From NCBI RefSeq assembly GCF_006345805.1, contig NC_043001.1, positions 15,252,001-15,316,000 on the forward strand: a stretch of DNA of 64,000 nucleotides, in the 5' to 3' direction. The stretch is from Octopus sinensis. Taxonomy: Eukaryota. Below are positions 1 through 11,589 of this stretch, piece by piece. Each line of letters opens with the position of its first letter. Positions within the stretch are counted from its first letter, which is position 1. The notes under the pieces are model-generated. The model had not been told where the DNA came from. It saw only the letters and a list, made by a program, of their open reading frames with translations, and did not search any database. A program made the position numbers and the translations under genes.

Positions 1-431
1 TAAGCAGTGTTTGCTTTGGTAAGTAAACTGAGGTCATAAACACTAATAATGTATTTTAGAAAAGTATAAACATCACAACTTTACATTTCCTATTTCCTAC
101 ACATCAGAAATGTTATATCTCTGTATGGCGTCAGTATATAACAGAGTGGATCTCTATCTACCCTGAGTAAAGGTAATGAATTCAATAGATTGGTAGAACT
201 TGTCATAATATAGGTACAGTGCGCAGCAGGGATATTTTCTGTACATTGTATAGTGGTAAGAAACACAAGAAAAGCTGAACAGCAGATCTTCAGAGAAGAA
301 ACTCCCCCCAGGCAAGTGTTTAGGCCCTTAAATTCTTGCATTCTAAGGCGGCCATGCCACATCCATTTCGTGACCCCTGGGTGCCCTTCTGCTTGACACA
401 TTTTAGCCACTTGGATATCAGAGATGTGTGC

Positions 432-614
432 ATATAAATACACAATAACAGTACACATCCTGTGGATTATGCTCACCCCACTTTCTTTACACTCTTTGCA
501 TATCCTCTAAACTCAGTACCCATGTCTAACAGCATTGCAGTTCGTACACACGCATCATACAATCCAGCCTTCACTCAGGAAGTCAGTAGAGATAATATCT
601 CCTTGAACTTTTTC
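432..614 (-). mobile_element. RTE-clade LINE, decayed ORF2 C-terminal fragment
   Basis: Minus-strand translation KFKEILSLLTS*VKAGLYDACVRTAML matches the RTE post-RT motif; homologous to the plus-strand fragment at 55935-56430. Confidence 0.7.
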
Positions 615-627
615 TGTACTATTCTAA

Positions 628-1748
628 TTGGCTGACCAAAAAGTTCATTCAGTTTTTGCCAACACTAAACTCCATGCACTCTAATAAGCTGCTAACTTCA
701 GTCTGCCCCTTGCATATGCACACTTGTTCGCTACTTAACCCTTCAACATAATTCAATGCAAACTTGCAACAAAACACATATTTTATGTATTTGGGATTAC
801 CGTGAAAATGGAGAACCAAAATGAACATTATCGACACCTCAAGCTTTCTTATTTTAAAAAAGGCAAGAAAGCTGGCAAAAACCTGAGGGAAGATATGCAT
901 TGAATACAGGGAGGCTTCTGTTAGGGAACATGTGTGTCAGATGTGGTTTTCAAGATTTTAAACCAGGAAATTTTTTGGTTCAAGATGCAACTAACTATCC
1001 AAACAGCTGAGATTAAGAGCAACACCAACCTCTGTTATATGACCAGAAGGATTACAGATCATCATCATCATCATCACTTAATGTCCGCTTTCCATGCTAG
1101 TATAGGTTGGACTATTTGACTGAGGACTGGCAAACCAGATGGCTGCACCAGGCTCCAGTCTGATCTGACAGAGTTTCTACAGCTGGATACCCTTCCTAAT
1201 GTCACCAGATATTCTCCAAATATCCAAATCAAATGTTGAAAACCATCTGCATCAACTTGGTCATGTCAGCAAGTTTGATGATTGAGTTCTACATCGGTTG
1301 GATAAAGCTAACTTTGCCCAACAGATTTCTCTCTGCAATTTGTTACTTCATCTAAAGTGGGTTATGCTTTCAATTTGATGAGATTGGAAGGGTGTTGTCT
1401 TTTAAGAGCTTCTTCCCATAAACAGGACCATCAATTTGGATGTGTACTGTGACCAGTTGGACAAAATTAAATGTAGTGATCTGCCAGAAGTGTCCAGCAC
1501 TTGCTAATCATAACAGCACTGTCATTCATTATAACAATGCCAGACTGCACACTTTTTTGCAGACATGGCAAAAGTTACTGGGGCTTGGCTGGGAAGTTTC
1601 GCAGCTGCATATTCCCCTAACCTTGCACCTTCAGATTTCCACCTGTTTCAATCTCTTCAAAACTCTGGAAATGTAAAGATTCATCTGGAAGAGTTTAGCA
1701 CCAGTAAAGACAGGAAATCCATCGAACAGAGAACAATGGATCTGCCCA
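628..1748 (+). mobile_element. Decayed mariner (DD34D) transposon interrupted by a SINE
   Basis: TA then TIR-like ATTGGCTGACCAAAAAGTTCATTCAG; transposase pieces MENQNEHYRH..YFKKGKKA, YCDQLDKL, YNNARLH, YSPNLAPSDFHLF with frameshifts. Confidence 0.9.
1058..1206 (-). mobile_element. RTE-tail type SINE fragment ending in (GAT)n, nested in the mariner
   Basis: (CAT)n followed by ttaatgtccgctttccatgctag...ctacagctggatacccttcctaatg; same tail at 42153, 53380-53536 and 63130. Confidence 0.8.
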
Positions 1749-1990
1749 CAATATATCTTCCACAAACCCCTTCCCTCTATCTGTGTCCACTCATTACACC
1801 CCTTCCCTCCATCTACCACTCTACTTTCACAATCTCATAAACTCACCTGCTCATCCTCTTGAATCCCCAGCACACTTGCTCTCATTACCACCTCCCTTCT
1901 TCCCCTCACTCTCTCCCCACCTGAAGTAGCCATGTTTCCAAAACTACTTCCCTTCTCAGTTGAGGTGGGGGGAAGGGTCTTGCAAGTTAT
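1745..1990. repeat. Unclassified pyrimidine-rich dispersed repeat
   Basis: End segment aaaactacttcccttctcagttgagg...gtcttgcaag is a diverged reverse-complement match to 21645-21690. Confidence 0.4.
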
Positions 1991-1994
1991 TCAT

Positions 1995-2175
1995 GTCACA
2001 TAAAAAGCATCCAGTACACCCTATCAAGTGGTTGCCATTAGAAAGGGCATCCAGCCATAGAAACCCAACCAAAGCAGACAACAGGGATTGGTGCAATCTC
2101 CAGTTCATGTGAAACCATTCAACCCATACCAACATGGAAAACAGATTTTAAAGGATGATGATGATGATCGTGATG
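1995..2175 (+). mobile_element. RTE-tail type SINE fragment with (GAT)n end
   Basis: gttgccattagaaagggcatccagccatagaaac...catggaaaacaga...gatgatgatgat. Confidence 0.7.
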
Positions 2176-2769
2176 AAATATAACTTTTCTGAAGAAGAAC
2201 ACATCCAATACATATTGCCTCAGTGCATGCCATACAGTAACCACTTGACTAATCTTTTATATATGATTTAATACACTATAAACAATTATATGTGGTGTCA
2301 AACTGTGCAAATCTTCCAAAAAAGTCCCATGATTAAATGTGTCAAACATGACTGATAGATTAAATATCAAGATCTATGAGTATAGATTCTCAAAGGTATT
2401 CCTTTGAATAACATTGCACAAGCTCACAGTTATATAACCCATATCACTTTGATTTCTATAAAGAAATGTAGTATTTTATGTGTGTGAAAGCATCGTCTTT
2501 CTCGGAGAGAAAACACCAAATGATTCATTGTAATTCTTAGTTTCAAAGAATTTCCATGTCAAAATTAACCTTCATGTTAACTGCGGTGATTGGACTTTTG
2601 TGGGTCAACTTTTAAGGATATATTCAAAATTCTCACAGAAATGAGTAAAAGATCTGTAAGAAAATCTTAGAAGTGGTTACGAAGAAAATCATGAACTTAA
2701 GATTAACAATGAAAGAAATTTCCTTAATTCTTGAACATGTATGATCTATATATATAGGGATACTATTAA

Positions 2770-2989
2770 CCCTTTAGCATTTAAACCAACCATGTCCAAC
2801 CCAAATATTATCCCTGTTTTATGTTCAAACCAACCAGATCAGGCCTCTTACATCTACCCTACAATGCCATCCTAGAAATAAACAATCACATCATTGAAAT
2901 ATTGATGCCAAGAAATGATGCATAATCAATTCAAAACATTGTTAATAAATAAGCGTTACATTTGACAGAGTAATCTGAATATTTAAGGG
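2770..2989. mobile_element. piggyBac-like MITE
   Basis: TTAA flanks at 2766-2769 and 2990-2993; CCCTTT...AAGGG ends; reverse-complement relative at 52185-52371. Confidence 0.8.
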
Positions 2990-3153
2990 TTAAAGACAAT
3001 TTTATCACACACATTTGGAGGATGATAGATAATGAATCAACTGCGAAGATATTTAACACAAAGAGTATCAAATGGTGTTCATCTTTAATACACAAAAATT
3101 AAGTAAATGAGTAAATGAGTATTATTTTTTCATTGCCTCTAAAGTAAGTTGAA

Positions 3154-3385
3154 AGGCAGTGAGCTGGCAGAAATGTTAGCACGCCGGACGAAATGCTTAG
3201 TGGTATTTCGTCCACTGCAGTGTTCTGAGTTCAAATTCCGCAGAGATCAACTTTGCCTTTCATCCTTTCGGGGTCGATAAATTAAGTACCAGTTATGCAC
3301 TGGGGTCGATGTAATCGACTTAATCCGTTTGTCTGTCCTTGTTTGTCCTCTCTGTGTTTAGCCCCTTGTGGGTAGTAAAGAAAAA
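3154..3385 (+). mobile_element. tRNA-derived SINE family A
   Basis: ggcagtgagctggcagaa head, gagttcaaattcc B-box, gcctttcatcctttcggggtcgata core; 17-bp TSD CTCTAAAGTAAGTTGAA at 3137-3153 and 3386-3402. Confidence 0.9.
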
Positions 3386-5664
3386 CTCTAAAGTAAGTTG
3401 AACATAATTCTCATATGAGTGAAAGGATAATTTTCTTTCACTGTCTCCTGTTTTACAGAAAAATAAAAAATAAAAACTAAAAGAGGCCTTTACAGAATTT
3501 TGAAAACTTGATTTCCATGATAAGTGGAGTTTTGGCTTTTTAACATTAAACAAAGAACACAGTGATAAGTACTCAATGCTTGCTGTTGTTATTTTATTCT
3601 CTGTCTGGGCCCATTTTTATTTATACTGTTCCCCTTGTTCTTCTGACCTTAATAACTTTCTCTATTTACTTACTTTAGTTGTATTAGACTGAAGATTTTC
3701 TTCAATGAAACTGGTACATAAGCAATTCTCACTTCTTTAAGCATAATAATGATACAATTAGTTGTAACAGAGTTGCAGTGTGAATACCTCTGTCATATTA
3801 CAAGCTAGCGAAAAGGTTTGTCCTTAAACACTAACAATGTAAAATACTAACTTTTACAATACAAACGAACTACCACTAGTTATAGTAATGAGCCTTGCTC
3901 ACTATAAAACCTAACATGCACAGTTTCTATGAAGAGACACCCAAACATTTATAAATATATAACAGATCCAGTGATTACCGTAATGAGAGCTTTGTCTACT
4001 CATCAAACTGAACCAGACATGCATAATTTCTTTTAGGGAACAAAACAACTTTTACTACAGACATGATAAAACCCAGTCACATTTATCAGCACAAACACAG
4101 TTACCACACATATAAAGGAAATATATGTATCACATTCTCCTTATTCATGAACACTTAACCCTTCACACACAGAGCAAAAAATGCTACGTTTTACAAATTC
4201 TAATGACCTGTCATGGAAACTATATTCTAAGGCTCCTTCTTTGAGATCATGAAATACTTCAGTTTTTTTTTTGTTTTTGTTTTTGTTTTTAATCCCTGAC
4301 AAATCAGAAGTGCATCTCATACTACAGAACTGCTCTCATATCTGAAGCAGCTGGCAAAACATCATTTACCAGCATGTTACAACCACAAGCTTAACAATGT
4401 ACTGCATTATGCCTCTGTTTTTATATATTAGCTTACACAGAACTGTTTTCTTCACATGAAGAGTAAGTTGTGTGACACTAAGTGTGAGTTGAAAGAGAGT
4501 GATTCAGGAGTTATGGGAAAACAACAAACTGAATTTGATTGTTTTATGCAACAAGCAAACTTGAGAAACCAGCTGAATGTGAGTGAGTTTACAGCAGAAA
4601 TTGAATTTCAACACAGCCTACACATATGGAGAAAGTATTCTGTTTGGGTCTGTGTGAGAATAGTTCCACCATTCTTTTTGAAGATAGAGGCAGGATAGAA
4701 GAATACATTGTTAAATTAGTGGCTGTGGTGAGTTGATGAGTTAGGTTTTACTGATATAGACATGATACAAGTGGATGGTGCATGCTCTGGAAATACTTTT
4801 AGCAAACTAGTAAGTGCTAGTGTTTCATGCAGAAAGTAACTTAAAATAATTAATTAACTGGAAAAAATTCTAACCCATAACAAATTAAATATTAGCCAAT
4901 ATACCTACATGGTGAGGAAAATAAATTTACATAGCTATGTAGACACTGGAAATAAAGATGTTATTATTTCCAGGTGGTGCAATAAATATTTAACAATGTC
5001 TAAAATCTTCTTTGGTAGTCTGAGCATCTAAATTAGATTTGTATAATTGTTTTAACATTATTTGCAGCAATGTTTCATGCATGGATCACTTTTCGTTATA
5101 ACAGTGTGTTCTTTGGTGCAGCTCTGCAATGATATATGTTTATTATTTAGTTTACTACATGGCTGTAAATGCACGCCCCATCCCTCTTTCAACACACACA
5201 CACACACACACAGAGTACTAAACTGCAACCTTCCATAGCTTATAAAAATAATTAACATCTTATGCCAATAAGAATATATTTGTAATCTTGATATGAAGCA
5301 TCATCTTTTATCAATTTGATGTTAACCGGTCATTTTATTACTTTGTTCTTGACTCAAAAGCTAATTTGTATCAACCAAAAATATTATACCAGCTGCATTG
5401 TGTTCATGATGATCCTACAAAGCACTAATTTACGAGTAACTTTATCTTAAATTAAAGAAGTACGTGTAATTTGCTTTACGGTTGTTTAAATCTTCACTTT
5501 AATTTTCTAATCTTAAATGATTTCCATAAGTGTCAATATATGAAGTCAACAAAACACAGAATAATCAGTAATTGAAATCTAGCAGTGACACATAGTTCAT
5601 CAAATTATGGTCTGTGATATGCAATTAATAGAGAAGATAGAGTCTGATACTAGACAAACACTAA

Positions 5665-5883
5665 CTCTTTCGTTACTGTATATATTTTGAGATGCTCTGT
5701 GTTTCTTTCAATTAATTTTAAATATAACAAAGAATTTAGTAAAATAACTTAGTTATCATTCAGCTAGTGTTAGGAACAGAAATTGTGATTAAGGCTTAGT
5801 GGAAAATTTTAATTCAAAACTTATAACAAGACATTTGTACTATAGAACCAGAGCCGGTTTCAGCCAGGTTGGTAACGAAAAGG
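5665..5883. mobile_element. piggyBac-like MITE, second family
   Basis: Ends ctctttcgttac / gtaacgaaaagg with CTAA and TTAA flanks; inverted relative at 51878-52097. Confidence 0.75.
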
Positions 5884-6022
5884 TTAAACATTATTCAAAT
5901 ATGATAAATTAGCCAATTCTACAATGAAAGTTCTATGAAACTATGCAAGTTATATTATTAACAGTAAGAATATCATTTCTGAGTAATAGAGAAAATGCTT
6001 GTTGTTTCTTTTTTATTCAGTA

Positions 6023-6406
6023 CTAGCAGTATCGCCCGGCGTTGCTCGGGTTTGTTTCGACCTGCTGGAATTGGAATTTTTGAAAAGTAAAAATTTTGCA
6101 TTATGTAGCTTGTTATTCTCTTCAAGTGAACATTTTTCTGGTTGAAATACACCGAAAAGTGGCGACACAGCAGTGAAAAAATCATAAAAAATAGGGATTT
6201 TCATAGAAAAAAACACCTTTTTGATGTAAATAATTTTTGGTGTTAACATGGTCCGATTTGAATTTTATCTTCTACGGAAGGAAGAGCAACCCTTCTATCA
6301 TACTCTCAATTTTGGTCAACTTGCGCCGCAGGGTCTTGGAGGAGATAGTGTTACATGAAGGCTACCAAACCTGGCGCACACAGTCAACTTCAGCTTTATA
6401 TAGAGA
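6023..6406 (-). mobile_element. Non-autonomous Helitron
   Basis: On the minus strand starts A|TC and ends CTAG|T, with a subterminal hairpin (cccgagcaacgccggg) about 10 nt from the 3' end; termini shared with 24201-24979 and 54659-55055. Confidence 0.8.
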
Positions 6407-6407
6407 T

Positions 6408-6552
6408 AACACACACACACACACACATATATGTATGGATGTATGTATGTATATATGTACATCTGTCCACTTCTTGCCATATTTTTATCCTTCACTTCCT
6501 ACACACACACAGACACACACACACACACGCACGCACACACACACACACACAC
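6408..6552. repeat. Compound (CA)n/(TA)n/(TATG)n microsatellite
   Basis: Read directly from the sequence. Confidence 0.9.
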
Positions 6553-6616
6553 CTTAGCTTACAATTTTCTTTCAACAATTGACACTGTCATATATGTATA
6601 TGTTTGCGTGTCTATG

Positions 6617-7085
6617 TGTGTAAAGAGAAAGTGGGAGTAAGTGTGGTAATAGGCGGAGTAAAGCCTTTGAAGTGAGAGAGGGAAATCGTAAAATATTGAG
6701 TTTTCTTGAATTTTTGCTTAATTGGGGGTGAAATTAAAAGAAATTTATATGTCATGACCGAATGGAATGTACTTGGAAAAATCATAGGTAAACTCCAATT
6801 GAAGAAATTGTGTGAGGAGTAAATCGTTATGTATTTACTTGTTTCTGTTTGCTCTGTATTTTTTTTGAGTAGTGATTTAAGGTACACTTGCAAAGAGAAA
6901 GTAGGAGAAATTATGGTAATAGCATGAGTGAAGCAGTTGAAATTAGAGAGGCAAATCGTAAAATATTTACTTTTCTCGAATTTTTGCTTAATTGGGGGTC
7001 AAATTGAAAAAACTTTATATGCCATGACCCAATCGAATCTACTTGTAAAAATCGTAGGTAAATTCCAATTGAAGAAATTCTATAT
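6617..7085. repeat. Diverged tandem duplication, period about 270 bp
   Basis: aaagagaaagt...gaatttttgcttaattggggg...ccaattgaagaaatt occurs at about 6620-6810 and 6890-7080. Confidence 0.75.
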
Positions 7086-8255
7086 TGTAGAATTGTATTA
7101 AAAAGGAACATGAGAACAGGCAGAGAAAATCTGCCTTTTATCATAAGAGATAAGAGATTAGCTTAAAAGCCACACTCCATGTGGACTTTTAAGCTAGTTT
7201 CTGTGGAAGGCTAATTGGGCCTGTAGCCCAAAACAAAAGAGAGCTAGATAGCAGGACTATAATACATCTATAATGACTATATGCCCCAGTGGTTTTTGAT
7301 CAGAGGTTAAGGACAGATGAGAATTAATTCTGTAATGCAATAATTCTATTGTTCTAGTCCCAAGTTGAATTCCAACTGTTGGCCAATTTGTCTTATCACA
7401 ACATAAAATTAACAATGTGAACGTCATTTATCTTCCCATTGATCTCTGACATCATCTGACAAACACCAATCAAGATGGTGTGAATCAACAAAGCTTTACC
7501 TGCTAAAATTAGCAGCCCAAATGCTTTTAAATCAGATCTCAATGCTGGATGTTCAAGAACCAAATGAAGGGCAGATTTTCAATCCCAGGATCATCCTGAT
7601 TCCAAAAAAGGTAAGGGTATAATATGTCTATGTAGACCAAATGTAGACTGAGATACAAGGGTCCCAGACAGACAGAATTTTGTGTTTATTATTATAGATT
7701 TAATCTGACGTAGGAGGGTTGTGCCTATAATATTTGTAGACTCTTTTAGACTAGTGATGTTGATGCAGGAAGACAACTAGTGCTAACACCAATGATGATG
7801 AGAGGGTGCCTTGTAGAGCTTTTTTGTAAGATTAATAGATCCAAACATTTGAATGAAGTAGGGGCTCAATAAAGAGTACAGTTGAAAGATGAAGGGTGAT
7901 TAAGTATCTTACTTCCTAACCACATGGTTTCAGATTTATTCCTATTGCATAGCACTTGGAGTGTCTTCTATTATAGTCCCAAGTTAACCAAAGCCTTGTG
8001 AATGTAAATTGTAAATGGAAACTGAAAGAAGCCCATCATATACGCACACAAGTGTGAGTGTCCTAGTCTTGATATCATGTGATTATTGTAAATGATTGTC
8101 AGCATCTTACAAGTAGTGTCCCTTGTTTCTAATCTTCTGTGAAAACACTTCTACCCATGGGAAAATATTGCTTTACTTGGAAATAGGAAGGGTATCAAGT
8201 CATAGAAAATCTGCCTTAACAAATTCCATCTGCCTCATATATATAAGCATTGATA

Positions 8256-8488
8256 AAGGCGGTGAGCTGGCAGAAATGTTAGCGTGCCGGGTGAAATGCT
8301 TAGCAGTATTTCGTCTGTCGTAACATTCTGAGTTCAAATTCCGCTGGGGTCGACTTTGCCTTTCATCCTTTCGGGGTCAATAAATAAAGTACCAGTTTCG
8401 TACTGGGGTCGATGTAATCGACTTAATCCCTTTGTCTGTCCTTGTTTGTCCCCTCTATGTTTAGCCCCTTGTGGGTAGTAAAGAAATA
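8256..8488 (+). mobile_element. SINE family A
   Basis: Full-length match to 3154-3385. Confidence 0.9.
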
Positions 8489-8705
8489 TATATATAAACA
8501 TTGAAAAGTGAACATTAAAGCAACAGCAACAACTTCCTTACAAAAATACAAAATTTTAGCAAGAGAAAATAGAAGCCTATATACAAATACAATATTGATA
8601 AACCATGTTATCATTTCAAAGGAGAACTGCATTCCATTGAGTGAAGCATGTCATAGTACATACAATATTGCAAATATAGTAAATCTATTTATTCAAAAAA
8701 TAAAT

Positions 8706-9110
8706 AGGAGTGGCTGTGTGGTAAGTAGCTTGTTTATCAACCACATGGTTCCGGGTTCAGTCCCACTGCATGGCACCTTGGACAAGTGTCTTCTACTATA
8801 GCCTCGGGCTGACCAAAGCCTTGTGAGTGGATTTGGTAGACGGAAACTGAAAGAAGCCCGTCGTATATATGTATATATATATATATATGTATGTGTGTGT
8901 ATGTGTTTGTGTGTCTGTGTTTGTCCCCCTAGCATTGCTTGACAACCAAGGCTGGTGTGTTTATGTCTCCATCATTTAGCGGTTCGGCAAAAGAGACCCA
9001 TAGAATAAGTACTGGGCTTACAAGGAATAAGTCCCGGGGGTCGAGTTGCTCGATTAAAGGCGGTGCTCCAGCATGGCCACAGTCAAAATGACTGAAACAA
9101 GTAAAAAAGA
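8706..9110 (+). mobile_element. tRNA-derived SINE family B (CORE-like ccttgggcaagt segment, internal (TA)n(TG)n)
   Basis: aggagtggctgtgtggtaag head, gggttcagtccc B-box, internal microsatellite, gactgaaacaagtaaaa tail. Confidence 0.9.
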
Positions 9111-10196
9111 GAAAAAAAGAGAAGAAAGAGAAAGAAAATGAGCTGAAGAAATTACGGAATTGCCTCAGTGCCTCAGTCTTAATATCATAGGCTTTATACA
9201 GGTTTAAAGTAAGAGTTAAAAAGTAGAAGAAAAAAATTCATTGCAATAAAGGTATAGCATGGATTGAAACCTTAGTATATAATATATTGTTTAGGAGGTC
9301 ATCTGAAAGAGGAATTCTTAGAGTAGATTTGTTGATACTTTCAACCATGTAAGAATAAACATCCAACAATACAAAAATAATAATAAATAAACTGTAGTGG
9401 CAACAAGGACAGAAATGGGATGCAACAAATCATTGCCAAAACTACTTTAAAAGAAAAGGTAAAAATAGAGAATCTGAGGAGACTAGTGATGGTCAACTGG
9501 AAAGGTACCTTTCCAGTTGAGCAATTAGAGTTAGTTAGAAAGGATAATATCTATAAAAACATTTGTTTCAATTATCCAAAATTTCCAAACACCTGTAACT
9601 GTGGATGGTAATATGTTACCAAAACACCCAAATTACCCAGATACTTGGTAAGAGTATTGATGTGAGAGAGAGAGAGAGGGGGGGGAGTAGTCTGACAAGA
9701 AAAGGCCAATCCAAGAAATGAGAAATACATGTAGCTCATAGAGAGGCAATTTATCTGTTAAAAAGTTTTCCCGGCAATGTTGTCAGGAAAGGTATCTAGC
9801 TGTAGAAAACCATGCCAAGCTGACATTGAAGCTCACTGCAGCCTTGCAGCTTGCTGGATCCTGATAAAAGCTGTCCAACCAGACAATGGATGATGTTTCC
9901 CCCATCTAATACCTTATTAGACGGGAACCAAGAAATCTTTAAGACATGGCAACTATATGCATGAGTTATTGATAGGGAACTGATGGTGAAACAAAGGGGA
10001 GTTTTGATGAATGTTTAGTTGAGAACAAAACAAGTGGCAAATGTGGAGGGGGTTTTGTGGTGGTGCGGAAGAAGTGCTGTTTACAATATCATATTGGTTG
10101 ACAAACTGTGAATACAGGAATTCTATACAATTGAAAGAGATCCTGTGACAGTGGATTAGAACCAATTGAATTATAGGAAGAAGGAGAGTTTTTACA

Positions 10197-10605
10197 CTAC
10201 TCTCTCTTTTACTCTTTTACTTGTTTCAGTCATTTGACTGCGGCCATGCTGGAGCACCGCCTTTAGTCGAGCAACACTCGACCCCGGGACTTATTCTTTG
10301 TAAGCCCAGTACCTATTCTATCGGTCTCTCTTGCTGAACTGCTAAGTGACGGGGACATAAACACACCAGCATCAGTTGTCAAGCAATGCTAGGGGGACAA
10401 ACACAGGCACACACGTACACACATATATATATACATATATACGACGGGCTTCTTTCAGTTTCCGTCTACCAAATCCACTCACAAGGCTTTGGTCGGCCTG
10501 AGGCTATAGTAGAAGACACTTGCCCAAGGTGCCACGCAGTGGGACTGAACCCGGAACCATGTGGTTGGTAAGCAAGCTACTTACCACACAGCCACTCCTG
10601 CGCCT
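10197..10605 (-). mobile_element. SINE family B
   Basis: Reverse-complement full-length match to 8706-9110 and 19395-19834. Confidence 0.9.
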
Positions 10606-11439
10606 ACTAGGTAATATTAATACACAAAGGCACATCATTTGCATTTTTATGGTAGTCTTTCAGGCAGGGATGGCCCTAGGACTGCTGGTGCCCCAGACAA
10701 GCTGAACTTCAGTGCCCTTACAGGTATACTTGTTTAAAACTTTCACCAGGAGAAAAACTGAAAATGTCAACTAAAAAGCACATGGCATCCTGGTTGATTG
10801 CCTGAGTTGCTGGTACCTTGAGCCAGCCCTGCTTGCAGGGGCAGTATTGATGCATAGATGCCTTCCACAAAGTGATGATGGTCTATAACTTGCTCCAGGA
10901 ATTTTACAACTGCAATTTTTAACAAATACATTCATTTCCATTTAGTTATTTCTTTTCTTTTTTTTTTGTACATTCTGATAACAATTTTGTGAATGTAAAA
11001 GTATTGAGGTAACACTATAGTGTCCATTTTAGAATACTTTAGCAGAGATGATGTACTGAACAAATATAATGATAACTTACAAAATAAAACCCCAATCCCC
11101 TGTCAATGATGAAGCAAAATTTTACTCACTAAAACTGTCCAGTTCACATACCCTTGCCTCATCAACCTCTCATCCATATCCTCAAAACTACGTAAGCAAA
11201 TATGTTCCACAATTGCATCCCTCTAGAACTTTTTCCAATGTTTTTTTTTTTTACCTAACCCATAACTTAAAAAAATTCTTTCAAAACATTAACCCCAGTA
11301 ATTCTCCCACCATCACAGTTAAATTTGATCTTCAGTCATGGAATACTTGGAAAGTGTATGGGTCCTCCTCTTTCTTCTAAAAGAAAATACATTTTAAAAA
11401 GGCAATATTTTCAAGTAGTAAATTTTGATAACAACTTAC

Positions 11440-11589
11440 TCCCACTAGTATGGCTTGAATGCTTTCCTCAGAACGTGACACTCTCCATAACAAAGTACAA
11501 CAAGCTGATCCTAAACTTGAGGTATAATCCGATTGTTGATTAATCTGTTCACTCAGTTCTCGGACTTGCTGAGACAATTGAAGGTTACG
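11440..11589 (-). CDS. HSF2BP: Internal coding exon of heat shock factor 2-binding protein (HSF2BP/MEILB2) homolog
   Basis: tttcacatttcAG acceptor, 150 nt, GGA|GTAAGT donor, phase 0-0. Peptide RNLQLSQQVRELSEQINQQSDYTSSLGSACCTLLWRVSRSEESIQAILVG aligns without gaps, at about half identity, to my recollection of human HSF2BP EKLALRQQLNEAKQQLLQQAEYCTEMGAAACTLLWGVSSSEEVVKAILGG. Confidence 0.88.

Noticed and set aside
90-476. 128-aa minus ORF containing GHPGVTK, reminiscent of a Gypsy integrase zinc finger
   Set aside because: No downstream CxxC or DDE motifs; its 5' part overlaps an RTE remnant read out of frame
4345-4392. Minus-strand ACGCNMLVND resembling HSF2BP ACGREFLVNS
   Set aside because: Flanked by in-frame stops without good splice sites, and the same sequence recurs at about 45910-45955, so it is an old repeat
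7159-7196. Hairpin TAGCTTAAAAG-CCACA-ctcca-TGTGG-a-CTTTTAAGCTA
   Set aside because: Too short for a pre-miRNA and without supporting context
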